A program made the translations under genes and the position numbers. From assembly GCA_965217185.1 (NCBI GenBank), contig OZ244252.1, positions 896,001 through 960,000 of the forward strand: DNA of 64,000 nt, written 5' to 3'. The notes below the pieces were generated by a model, which worked only from the letters and a program-made list of their open reading frames with translations, had not been told where the DNA came from and ran no database searches. This document shows, in pieces, positions 50,699-59,825 of this stretch; positions within the stretch are counted from its first letter, which is position 1, and each line of letters begins with the position of its first letter. This DNA comes from an uncultured Candidatus Entotheonella sp. GTDB lineage: Bacteria > Tectomicrobia > Entotheonellia > Entotheonellales > Entotheonellaceae.

Positions 50699-52525
50699 TT
50701 ACAGAGAGAAGACGTACAGGACGTTGCTGGGAACGGCCTTCTTCAACTCGGGCGTCGAGTCCGTGAACCACTGCGGCCAAGCGCCGCCCAGGCCGACTTC
50801 GATGGCGATGTACTGCTTGCCACCGGCCAGGAACGACATCGGCGGGGCGTTGATACCCGCGCCGGTCTCAAAGCGCCACAGTTCCTGCAGCGTGTCGGCG
50901 TCAAGCGCCACCACGCCACCGTCCGCGAGGCCGGTAAAAACGAGACCGCCGCCCGTGGCCAGCAGGCCGCCCAGCAGCGGGAACTTGGTTTCCCACTTGC
51001 CGCGCACGCTGCCCGTGGACACGTCGATGGCCGTTACGCTGCCGGTAATACGACCGGAAGCCGGGTCTTCAAAGGTGAAGTACGGGGCGCCGCCGAGAAA
51101 CCAATTGCGGCTAGCCGGGTCCCAATTCTTCGGGGCAACCTGGGCAAACGCCTTGTTGCAGCTCTCGATGACAGGGATGTAATACAGGCCGGTGTGTGGG
51201 CTGTAAGCCGTGGGGGGCCAATTCTTGCCGCCCGTGTGGGCCGGGCAGGAAATCCCCTCGACCGCGCCGCGCTCGCCCTCTTCCGTGACACCGCCACGTC
51301 CCGCTGCGGTGCCGGGCACGTAGGTCTGAACGTCCGTGTTGGGGTCGTAAGAGGCTGGCCGGCCGTTCTCGTCCAGTCCTTCCGTCCAGTTTAGCTTCTT
51401 AACGAACTGGGTACCCCAGACGAACTTGCCGTTGCTGCGATCCAGCGCGTAAGCGAAGCCGTTGCGATTGGAGTGCAGCGTCGCGCGGACGTACTGGCCG
51501 TTGATGTTGGTATCGACGAAGGTGTTCTCCGCGATAGAGTCGAAATCGTAGGGATCATTCGGCGTGTGCTGGAATCCCCACAGGAACTTGCCGGTATCCG
51601 CATCCAAGGCAATGGTGCTGTCGGTCCACAGGTTGTCGCCGGGTCGATACGCGTTATCCCAGTCCGGCCCAGGGTTGGCCGTGCCCCAAACCACGATGTT
51701 GAGTTCGGGATCGTAGGAGCCTGTCACCCAGGTGGAGCCGCCGCCGGTCTTCCAGGCGCCGTAGTCGTCCTTCCAGGTTTCATGACCCGGCTCGCCCGGC
51801 CCCGGGATGGTGTGGGTGCGCCAGATTTCCTTGCCGGTGTTCACGTCCAGGGCAGCGATCCAGCCGCGCACGCCAAACTCGGCGCCGGCCATGCCGGTCA
51901 GCACCATGTCCTTCACGACGAGCGGTGCGCCGGTCATAACTTCGGCGATGCCGGGGTCGGCCACCTGGGTTTCCCACAGCAGGCTGCCGTCGTTCTTGTT
52001 CAGGGCGAAAACTCGGCCGTCGATCACTATGCCCAGAACCTTGTCGCCGTGCAAGGCAACGCCGCGGTTGTTGATGCCGCAGCAGGTCACGCTGGGTGCG
52101 TAGTCTTTGTCAGCCTCGGGATTGTACTTCCACATCAGCACGGGCTTGCCGCCGCGCACATCCAGTTTGGTGACCACGCCCCAACCGGTGGTCAGGTACA
52201 GGAAGCCATCTTCCGCGATTGGCGTGCCTTCCAGGCCGGAGAACGGGAAGACGACCGGCGCGGTGCCGCCGCCCTGGATGTCGCCCATGGCCCAGGTGAA
52301 GGCAACCTTCAGGTCGGCGACGTTGGACTTGTTGATCTGCGTGAGGCCGGAGAACCGGTGCGCCTCATAGTTGCCGTGGTGGTTGAGCCAGTTGCCGGGC
52401 TCGTTCTCGCTGTTGACCAGGCGCTCGTGCGTCACGTTCCCCGCCATAGCCGTCATGGCGAAGACGGTCAAGCCGAGCAACACAGCCAAGGCGCCGCGAT
52501 AGGACAATTTACAAACGACGTTCAT
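50699..52525 (-). CDS. PQQ-dependent alcohol dehydrogenase (possibly lanthanide-dependent)
   Basis: Signal peptide, vicinal CC (TCCGINNRG), GAEFGVRG, GGSTW, WGTANP, DPYDFDS, GGKNW, Trp-docking repeats. Confidence 0.9.
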   Translation of the reverse strand: MNVVCKLSYRGALAVLLGLTVFAMTAMAGNVTHERLVNSENEPGNWLNHHGNYEAHRFSGLTQINKSNVADLKVAFTWAMGDIQGGGTAPVVFPFSGLEGTPIAEDGFLYLTTGWGVVTKLDVRGGKPVLMWKYNPEADKDYAPSVTCCGINNRGVALHGDKVLGIVIDGRVFALNKNDGSLLWETQVADPGIAEVMTGAPLVVKDMVLTGMAGAEFGVRGWIAALDVNTGKEIWRTHTIPGPGEPGHETWKDDYGAWKTGGGSTWVTGSYDPELNIVVWGTANPGPDWDNAYRPGDNLWTDSTIALDADTGKFLWGFQHTPNDPYDFDSIAENTFVDTNINGQYVRATLHSNRNGFAYALDRSNGKFVWGTQFVKKLNWTEGLDENGRPASYDPNTDVQTYVPGTAAGRGGVTEEGERGAVEGISCPAHTGGKNWPPTAYSPHTGLYYIPVIESCNKAFAQVAPKNWDPASRNWFLGGAPYFTFEDPASGRITGSVTAIDVSTGSVRGKWETKFPLLGGLLATGGGLVFTGLADGGVVALDADTLQELWRFETGAGINAPPMSFLAGGKQYIAIEVGLGGAWPQWFTDSTPELKKAVPSNVLYVFSL

Positions 52526-52771
52526 CGTTCCCTCCATTGTTGAACCATACATGTTCTGCCGGACGCCGCGTGCGGTATGACCGTCACTGCCAGCCAGCCC
52601 AACCCTTTGTCCGCAGAGCAAACGAGCGCGGATTCTACCCGAATTGCTGCCGAAAAGCCACGAGAGCCGCCGGGCTTGGCGCTCCACCTTTTGCAGTCCT
52701 TGCTTCAAGGTGTCCTGCACGTATGTATAATGAAAGACATGGGCACTCATAAAACATAAAGGAGGCGCAAC

Positions 52772-53947
52772 ATGTGGCTGCCGGAGCGCATGAAGTTTGG
52801 CATCTTTCTCGGCCCCTTCCATCGCGTGGGGGAAAACCCGACCCTTGCCATGGACCGCGATCTCGAGTTGATTCAGTGGCTCGATTACCTGGGTTATGAC
52901 GAAGCGTGGATCGGCGAGCACCACAGCTCAGGATGGGAGATCATCTCCTCCCCCGAACTGTTCATCGCCGTGGCGGCGGACCGCACGCGCTACATCAAGC
53001 TGGGCACCGGCGTCATCAGCCTGCCCTACCACCACCCACTCATGGTTGCCAATCGCATGGTGCAGCTCGATCACATGACGCATGGCCGCGTCATGTTGGG
53101 CGTCGGACCGGGGGCATTGCCCGGCGACGCCTACATGATGGGCATCGACGCCATGACGCAGCGGGCGCGTATGGACGAGGCGATGGGTATCATTCTGCGG
53201 CTGTTCACCGAGACGGAACCCCTGACTTACAAGAGCGAGTGGTTTGAGCTCAACGAGGCGCTTCTGCAAATCCGCCCCTATCAGAGGCCGCATATGCCGC
53301 TCGCCGTCGCCTCCGTGCAGTCGCCTGCCGGGGTGGCGTTGGCCGGAAAGTACGGCGCTGCGGTTTTGACCATCACGACACCGCGCGATCCCTCTTCCGG
53401 CGGCACCGACCTGAAAGGCCTGTGGACAATTGCTGAGCAGTCGGCTGCCGAGCACGGCCAAGAAGTGAATCGTGCGGACTGGCGGCTGGTCCTGCCTGTA
53501 CACTTGGCCGAAACCCGTAAGGAAGCGCTGGATCAGGCACGTCTCGGCGCCGGGCGCTACCAGCGAGAGTATTTCGAGAAGACCATGGGCCGGGCGCAGA
53601 TAATTGATGGCCCCCTGGACAAGGTGATCGACGGTATGGTCGAACGCGGTGCCTGGATCGTTGGCACGCCGGACGACTGCGTGGCCGGCATCAAGCGTCT
53701 GGCGGAGCAAAGCGGCGGTTTTGGCGGGTTTCTGGTGCAAACGGTCGATTGGGCGCCGCGCGAGGCGATGCTGCACAGCTACGAGCTGCTGGCGCGTTAC
53801 GTAATGCCGCAGTTCCAGGGAAGCGCGGTGGGCACATCGGCCTCAAATGCATGGGCTTATGACCGGCGCGAGGTGCTCATGGCGGGGCGCGCGCGGGCCA
53901 TCGACCACGCCCGCCAATCGTATGCGCACCGGCACGCTGTTTCATAA
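52772..53947 (+). CDS. LLM-class flavin-dependent oxidoreductase (limonene monooxygenase-like)
   Basis: MKFGIFLGPFH, AWIGEHHS, LPYHHP, GVGPGALP. Confidence 0.88.
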   Translation: MWLPERMKFGIFLGPFHRVGENPTLAMDRDLELIQWLDYLGYDEAWIGEHHSSGWEIISSPELFIAVAADRTRYIKLGTGVISLPYHHPLMVANRMVQLDHMTHGRVMLGVGPGALPGDAYMMGIDAMTQRARMDEAMGIILRLFTETEPLTYKSEWFELNEALLQIRPYQRPHMPLAVASVQSPAGVALAGKYGAAVLTITTPRDPSSGGTDLKGLWTIAEQSAAEHGQEVNRADWRLVLPVHLAETRKEALDQARLGAGRYQREYFEKTMGRAQIIDGPLDKVIDGMVERGAWIVGTPDDCVAGIKRLAEQSGGFGGFLVQTVDWAPREAMLHSYELLARYVMPQFQGSAVGTSASNAWAYDRREVLMAGRARAIDHARQSYAHRHAVS

Positions 53948-54044
53948 CCGCGCGTCTTTTTCCTTCCCTTGATGGAAGAAATGCATAATTGCACGGCATT
54001 GTGTTATGATGCAAACTCCATTCCCAAACAGGAGGAAGGCCAGC

Positions 54045-54308
54045 ATGACGAACGTTTACGTTGGTAATTTGCCGTTCAGTACGACCGAGGAAGAAATACG
54101 CGACATGTTCAGTGCTTATGGAACCGTGGACAACGTCAGTTTGATCACGGACCGGGAAACCGGGCGGCTTCGAGGCTTTGGATTCGTCGAGATGTCGAGC
54201 GGCGCAGATGAGGCCATTGCTGCTCTTAATCAAAACGAAGTCGGTGGCAGACGCTTGGTCGTGAATCTCGCCAAGCCGCGGGAGGAACGCCGTCCGCGGC
54301 GCTGGTAG
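54045..54308 (+). CDS. RRM (RNP-1) RNA-binding protein
   Basis: VYVGNL (RNP2), RGFGFVEM (RNP1). Confidence 0.95.
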   Translation: MTNVYVGNLPFSTTEEEIRDMFSAYGTVDNVSLITDRETGRLRGFGFVEMSSGADEAIAALNQNEVGGRRLVVNLAKPREERRPRRW

Positions 54309-54451
54309 CTTTAGGGCCTTCATCGGCCCTGGAATCGCGTCTCTCGGCACCCCGTTAAAGGTACCCAGTTTTGACCTTGACCCTCGACCATGTCGTGTGT
54401 TAATAGTCTCCGAGCTAATCACTTTCACACTCTTCACCAAGTAAAGCGCTG

Positions 54452-54568
54452 ATGAACTTCGGCTCGACGGTTATCCAAGGTATTTCTTCCCACTGCACCC
54501 ACGGCACCGGCGGTGCGTGCTGTAGCTGCGAAGGCCACAACACCTTCAGACGGGGGAGATTCGGATAA
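54452..54568 (+). CDS. Putative Cys-rich leader peptide (38 aa)
   Basis: MNFGSTVIQGISSHCTHGTGGACCSCEGHNTFRRGRFG*. Lies just before a terminator and the sulfite reductase. No strong RBS. Confidence 0.55.
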   Translation: MNFGSTVIQGISSHCTHGTGGACCSCEGHNTFRRGRFG

Positions 54569-54607
54569 GCAACGTCTATTAGAAACCGGTTTTTCAGACG
54601 ACATGCC

Positions 54608-54645
54608 AAGCCCACTCCCTGTTTGCAGGTGAGTGGGCTTTTTTT
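54608..54645 (+). terminator. Intrinsic terminator/attenuator in the sulfite reductase leader
   Basis: AAGCCCACTC-CCTG-TTTG-CAGG-T-GAGTGGGCTT followed by a T-run, ending about 70 bp before the ATG. Confidence 0.85.
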
Positions 54646-54717
54646 GTTCCCGCACGGCGCCGGGAAGCTGGCGCATAGCACCCCCCCCCGACATCGACAC
54701 GGTAAGGAAAATAGCCA

Positions 54718-56970
54718 ATGAGCGCTACCACCTGGAAGGAACGCCTGAATGGTTGTCTGCCGGCGGCCTTGGAAGAGGAAATCACCATTTTCGAGACGCA
54801 ATTGACGTTGAAGCGTCAAGGCAAGATTGACGACAAGATTTTTGCCGAAACGCGTCTGCGGCGCGGGGTCTATGGACAGCGCTACGACAATGGGCAACGC
54901 CACGACGGCGTGGAAACGCGGCCGTTGAGTTATCCGTGCGAGAGTCTCACCAAGGGGCCGCAAACGGTGTGGGACGCGCCCGGCATGCAGCGCATCAAAA
55001 TTCCCTTTGGCGGCCTCAACGCCGAGCAAATGGAGACGCTGGCCGACTTGGCGGAAGAGTATTCCGATGCCATCTGCCACGTCACCACCCGGCAGGATTT
55101 TCAACTCCATTTCGTTCATATCGACGATACCCCCGACCTCATGCGGCGCTTGGTCGCGGTGGGCATCACCACGCAAGAAGCATGCGGCAACGTGGTGCGC
55201 AACGTCACCGCCTGCCCCTTGGCCGGCGTTTGCAGCGACGAGAGCTTCGACGTAACCCCCTATGCCCACGCTTTGACGTATTTCCTGCTGAATCACAAGG
55301 ACGCCCAGGATTTTGGCCGCAAGTTCAAAATCGCGTTTTCGGGCTGCACCGACCACGCCTGCGGCTTGGCCAACATGCACGATCTCGGCCTGATTGCCAA
55401 AACGAGGGTGGAAAACGGCCAATCTCGGCGCGGTTTCACCTTCTACGTCGGCGGCGGCTTGGGGGCCGTGCCGCATCAGGCGCAGGTGCTGGACGATTTT
55501 GTTGCTGAGAAAGAGATTCTGCCGCTGGCCCAGGCGGTCTGTCGGGTCTTCGCGCGGCTGGGCGAAAAGAAGAACCGCGCGCGGGCGCGCCTGAAATTTC
55601 TCATAGCCAAGCTGGGGATCGAGGAATTTCGGCGGCTGGTGCTGGAAGAACGGGCGATTCTGCCGCCGGACGAGCGCTGGACGCTCTATATGGACAACCT
55701 CGGCCTCACGGACGAAGCCCCCGCACGACCGGCCGGCGCCCTGCCGGAGCAACCGCATCCCGAAGGGTTTGCCGATTGGATGGCGAGCAACGTCATGTTC
55801 CAGAGCCAACCCGGCTACGCCGTGGCGACGGTCTGTCTGCCCTTGGGCGACCTCACCTCCGAGCAACTGCGCACCCTGGCCGACATCACGCGCCGCTACA
55901 ACGGTGGCCGCGCCCGCACCACGGTTGAGCAAAACATCGTGCTGCGTTGGATCAGTCAGGCCGACCTGCCCGGCCTCTATACCGATCTTGCGACGGTCGG
56001 CCTGGCGGAATCCGGGGCTTCCACCCTGAGCGACATCACCGCCTGCCCGGGCACGGATACCTGCAAGCTCGGCATTTCGTCATCGCGCGGTCTGGCGGCG
56101 GAACTGCGCCAGCGGGCGTCGGCGTGCAACGGCCAACTCGACCCGTCCGTTAAGGACCTGAAGATCAAGATCAGCGGCTGCTTCAACTCCTGCGGTCAGC
56201 ATCACGTGGCCGACATTGGTTTCTATGGCGTCAGCCGCAAGTCGGACAATCACGCGGTGCCGCACTTTCAGGTGGTGCTGGGCGGTCAGTGGACCGAGAA
56301 CGCCGCCGCATATGGCCTGGCCACCGTGGCGGTGCCGTCGAAGCGTGTGCCGGAGGCGGTGGAGCGCATTACGGACTTCTACGTGGCGGAGCGGGAGCCG
56401 GAGGAAACGTTTCAGGCTTTCATCAAACGCGCCGGCAAGGCCAAAATCCGCACGCTCCTTCAGGACCTGACGAAGGTGCCGGTGTATGCCGAGGACAGTT
56501 CCCACTATTCCGATTGGGGTGACCCGCGCGAATACAGCCTCGGCGACATGGGCGTTGGCGAGTGCGCCGGTGAGGTGGTGTCGCTGACCGAATTCGGGCT
56601 GGCCAGCAGCGAGCGGCAGGTTTTCGAGGCGCAGGTCGACCTGGACAATCGGGACTTTTCCAAGGCGTCGCAAACGGCTTTCCAGGCCATGCTGGAGGCG
56701 GCCAAGGCCCTCATTCAGGTGTACAACATCGACGTCATCAACGATGCGGACCAGATCGTCGAGGAATTCCGGCGTCGCTTTTACGATACCGAGTTGTTCC
56801 ACGATCCCTACGCCGGGGCCAAGTTTGCCAATTACCTGTTTCACGCCGCCAACGGCGGCCGGGCCGATACCAGCCCGGCGGCGGTTCACCGGCGCATCGA
56901 GGAAGCCCAGCTTTTCATCGAGGCGGCCTATTCCTGCTACAACCGCCTCGGTCAGCGGCAACCGGTGTAA
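54718..56970 (+). CDS. Siroheme sulfite/nitrite reductase with C-terminal HEPN-like helical domain
   Basis: RLRRGVYGQR, HVTTRQ, TACPGTDTCKLG, SGCFNSCGQH; C-terminal ...AFQAMLEAAKAL.... Confidence 0.9.
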   Translation: MSATTWKERLNGCLPAALEEEITIFETQLTLKRQGKIDDKIFAETRLRRGVYGQRYDNGQRHDGVETRPLSYPCESLTKGPQTVWDAPGMQRIKIPFGGLNAEQMETLADLAEEYSDAICHVTTRQDFQLHFVHIDDTPDLMRRLVAVGITTQEACGNVVRNVTACPLAGVCSDESFDVTPYAHALTYFLLNHKDAQDFGRKFKIAFSGCTDHACGLANMHDLGLIAKTRVENGQSRRGFTFYVGGGLGAVPHQAQVLDDFVAEKEILPLAQAVCRVFARLGEKKNRARARLKFLIAKLGIEEFRRLVLEERAILPPDERWTLYMDNLGLTDEAPARPAGALPEQPHPEGFADWMASNVMFQSQPGYAVATVCLPLGDLTSEQLRTLADITRRYNGGRARTTVEQNIVLRWISQADLPGLYTDLATVGLAESGASTLSDITACPGTDTCKLGISSSRGLAAELRQRASACNGQLDPSVKDLKIKISGCFNSCGQHHVADIGFYGVSRKSDNHAVPHFQVVLGGQWTENAAAYGLATVAVPSKRVPEAVERITDFYVAEREPEETFQAFIKRAGKAKIRTLLQDLTKVPVYAEDSSHYSDWGDPREYSLGDMGVGECAGEVVSLTEFGLASSERQVFEAQVDLDNRDFSKASQTAFQAMLEAAKALIQVYNIDVINDADQIVEEFRRRFYDTELFHDPYAGAKFANYLFHAANGGRADTSPAAVHRRIEEAQLFIEAAYSCYNRLGQRQPV

Positions 56971-56990
56971 TCCAGGAGGAAAGCAAGGCC

Positions 56991-57611
56991 ATGGAAAGCG
57001 TGAAGGTTGACCTTAAATTGTTCCTCCAGGGATCCGCCGATGTCGAGCTGGAAGATGTCATTCCCGTCTTTCACGACTGGATTCAACACCAGCGTCTCGA
57101 CGAACTGCTCATTGACGTTGTGGATTACCGCCACGTTCACGATGGGCCGGGTGTGATGCTGATTGCCCACGACGCGCATTACGCGATGGATATGGCCGAT
57201 GGCCACATGGGCCTCTTATACAGCCGCCGGCGCGAAACCCACCCGGCCCGAAACGCCATCCAAAGCGTGACGGAACGTCTGCAGTCTGTCCTGCAATGCG
57301 CCCTGGCAGCGTGTCAACGCCTCGAAACGGAGCCGGCTCTGCAAGGCCGTCTGAAGTTTCGCGGCGATGAACTGCTGTTACGCATCAACGACCGGCTGGT
57401 GTCCCCTACTCTCGCCAATTTCGACGACCTGCAGACGCACTTGCAACCGGTCCTGGCACGGCTTTACCCGGATCATCAGGTGGAAGTGCAGAGTTGCGGC
57501 GGGTCGGATTCTCGTTTAGCGGTGGCGATCAAGGTTGCCGAAGATGCGGGGGTGGCGACGCTTTGTAGCCGGCTGGACGGCAGCGGCGTGAGGACGGCTG
57601 TGGGGTCGTGA
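56991..57611 (+). CDS. Hypothetical protein downstream of the sulfite reductase
   Basis: AGGAGG RBS, 206 aa, IPVFHDWIQ...LLIDVVDYRHV...LRINDRL. Confidence 0.75.
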   Translation: MESVKVDLKLFLQGSADVELEDVIPVFHDWIQHQRLDELLIDVVDYRHVHDGPGVMLIAHDAHYAMDMADGHMGLLYSRRRETHPARNAIQSVTERLQSVLQCALAACQRLETEPALQGRLKFRGDELLLRINDRLVSPTLANFDDLQTHLQPVLARLYPDHQVEVQSCGGSDSRLAVAIKVAEDAGVATLCSRLDGSGVRTAVGS

Positions 57612-57728
57612 TGCGCCTGTAAGCGAGAAGGAGCGTCGCAAGGAGTGCGCCGACCATATCCGAGAGCAGTGAAAGGGTAAATTTGTCCACTATCAGAACC
57701 ATGGCCCTAGCACTCCGGCACCGCTGCT

Positions 57729-57944
57729 TTATGCCTCGCCCCTTCCCTGAATCTCAATATGTAGGCCCTTCACGATCAGCCTCAGGGTCGCTTCAACCGC
57801 CGCCAGCCGCTCCTTGATGCCTGCAATGTCTGCCTGTATGCCATCTAGTCTTGTATCCAGCCCGTTAAGGCGTGCGTCCAAACGCCAGACAAGGCCCAGG
57901 ACAGCTACACCGACGCCGAGGATTGCCCAAAACTCGGCACTCAT
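57729..57944 (-). CDS. Small membrane-anchored coiled-coil protein
   Basis: MSAEFWAILGVGVAVLGLVW followed by heptads RLDARLNGLDTRLDGIQADI; AGGAG RBS. Confidence 0.6.
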   Translation of the reverse strand: MSAEFWAILGVGVAVLGLVWRLDARLNGLDTRLDGIQADIAGIKERLAAVEATLRLIVKGLHIEIQGRGEA

Positions 57945-58087
57945 GCCTCGACTCCTTCCTGCGCCTTGAGCGACCTGACAAGGCACGCATCATATCTTTC
58001 ATCGTCTGTCAGTCGTCGCATGCGGAATCTCCCAAAGTTGTGCCCTTGCTGATGCTGCTGCATCATAATAATACTCAGCACATACAG

Positions 58088-58615
58088 CAACACCAGCGTC
58101 TCGACGAACTGTTCATTGACGTTGTGGATTACCGCCACGTTCACGATGGGCCGGATGTGATGCTGACTGCCCACGACGCGCATTACGCGATGGATATGGC
58201 CGATGGCCACATGGGCCTCTTATACAGCCGTCGGCGCGAAACCCACCCGGCCCGAAACGCCATCCAAAGCGTGACGGAACGTCTGCAGTCTGTCCTGCAA
58301 TGCGCCCTGGCAGCGTGTCAACGCCTCGAAACGGAGCCGGCTCTGCAAGGCCGTCTGAAGTTTCGCGGCGATGAACTGCTGTTACGCATCAACGACCGGC
58401 TGGTGTCCCCTACTCTCGCCAATTTCGACGACCTGCAGACGCACTTGCAACCGGTCCTGGCACGGCTTTACCCGGATCATCAGGTGGAGGTGCAGAGTTG
58501 CGGCGGGTCGGATTCTTGTTTGGCGGTGGCGATCAAGGTTGCTGAGGATGCGGAGGTGGCGACGCTATACAGCCGGCTGGACGGCAGCGGCGTGAGGACG
58601 GCCGTAGAGTCGTGA
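58088..58615 (+). pseudogene. 5'-truncated tandem duplicate of 57084-57611
   Basis: 528-bp direct repeat at offset 1004, with about 16 substitutions by eye. Confidence 0.9.
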
Positions 58616-58638
58616 GGTGCCTGGAACAGTCGCATAAC

Positions 58639-59566
58639 CTACAAGGCTTCCGTCTCGAAATAGTCTTCGTCGACCCGTTTGATTTCATGGGTGCGCACGC
58701 CAATATCGTGTGTGACCATCAGGCGTGCCAATTCTTTCCCGTCAATCAGGCCAATACGCTTTGGACTCCGCTTCACATAGTCCTTAGGCGGCGCGCGTGA
58801 AGGCGGCGGTGGTGACAAATACCCCATTACTCGCGCCCGCCGCGTCGAGCGCCCCGGCAAAATTGCGCACGTCATTTTCACCCACGACATTACCATCAGC
58901 GTACCTCTTAGCCTGAAAGTTAGCCTGAAAGTAAATCTCGTTCAGACCGAGTGCGTCTTCCTTGATCGTGCTGTCAATTCCGCCATCGCCCGAGCGTCCG
59001 GTTACACGACCCATAGCAGCATCGCCGCCGCCATAGCCCATAGCGATTAGCAGATCAAGGACCACCTGCTCGAAAAACGCTGGCGCCACCTTGCGAACTC
59101 GCTCCAGTATTTCGGCCTCCAGTAAATCGGGTAACTTCGCGTCGTCATGGCGTGATGTCCTTTCCGGGGTATTCGCAGATTCGTGGGTTGGTGGCGGGGC
59201 ATTCGGTTTCTTTTCCTTAGGCTGTTCAAGTTCCCGTTCCACGAAGCTCGGGTAGGTACGGAGCAAATTCCTATCAATCCGCGCAGGCTCCTTCGCCAGC
59301 AGTTGCTTGCCTTCCTCTGTCAGTTGATAGACGCCCTGGCGTGCCCGCTTTACTAAATTTGCGTACCCCATAAGCCTTAATGCCCGGCTTATCCATCTCG
59401 TGAACACCGTCTGGTGGCCGCCGGGCATCATCTCTTGCAGATCGTCCGGCGTCAGTCCTGCGGCTTCAGCGACGCGCGTACGCACTTCAGAAATCTGAAT
59501 CTCCATGCCGTCGGAAAGCGCCTTGAGAGTTGGGAGCATCAGCAATTGATAATCGGGGATAGGCAT
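58639..59566 (-). pseudogene. mrr: Mrr type IV restriction endonuclease, frameshifted
   Basis: MPIPDYQ, FFEQVVLDLLIAMGYG, GDGGID, QAKRY. An extra T near 58786 creates TAA, and the next frame continues KDYVKRSPKRIGLIDG. Confidence 0.88.
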
Positions 59567-59825
59567 CAGTTTTCTCTCCATGTCCACCTACGCCGCGGTT
59601 TATTGGGGCTTCGCTCACTCGGCGATTCGGTGGCCCGTGTTGTCACCCCTCTCACGGCTTCTTGGTGGCGTGTCGGTATTTTCTTGGCACTTTCATCTCC
59701 TCTATTCGCGTCATCTCTTCGCCGATTTCTTCAGTGGACTGAGGATGTTGACTCCTAAAGCGCCGATTCTTTGCGTTTGTGCCATTAGTTAGCATGGGTC
59801 CTCCAGAAAGTGGGAATATAACCTT

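Noticed and set aside
54440..54600. SAM-I riboswitch or T-box ahead of the sulfite reductase
   Set aside because: TTATC...GATAA resembles SAM-I P1, but the AGAG/GAGGGA/GCAACC/GTGC core and the T-box TGGNACC motif are missing. An Rfam scan is still advisable.
57872..58087. N-terminal extension of the 247-aa ORF
   Set aside because: A chance open frame upstream of the duplicated segment that overlaps the minus-strand small gene.
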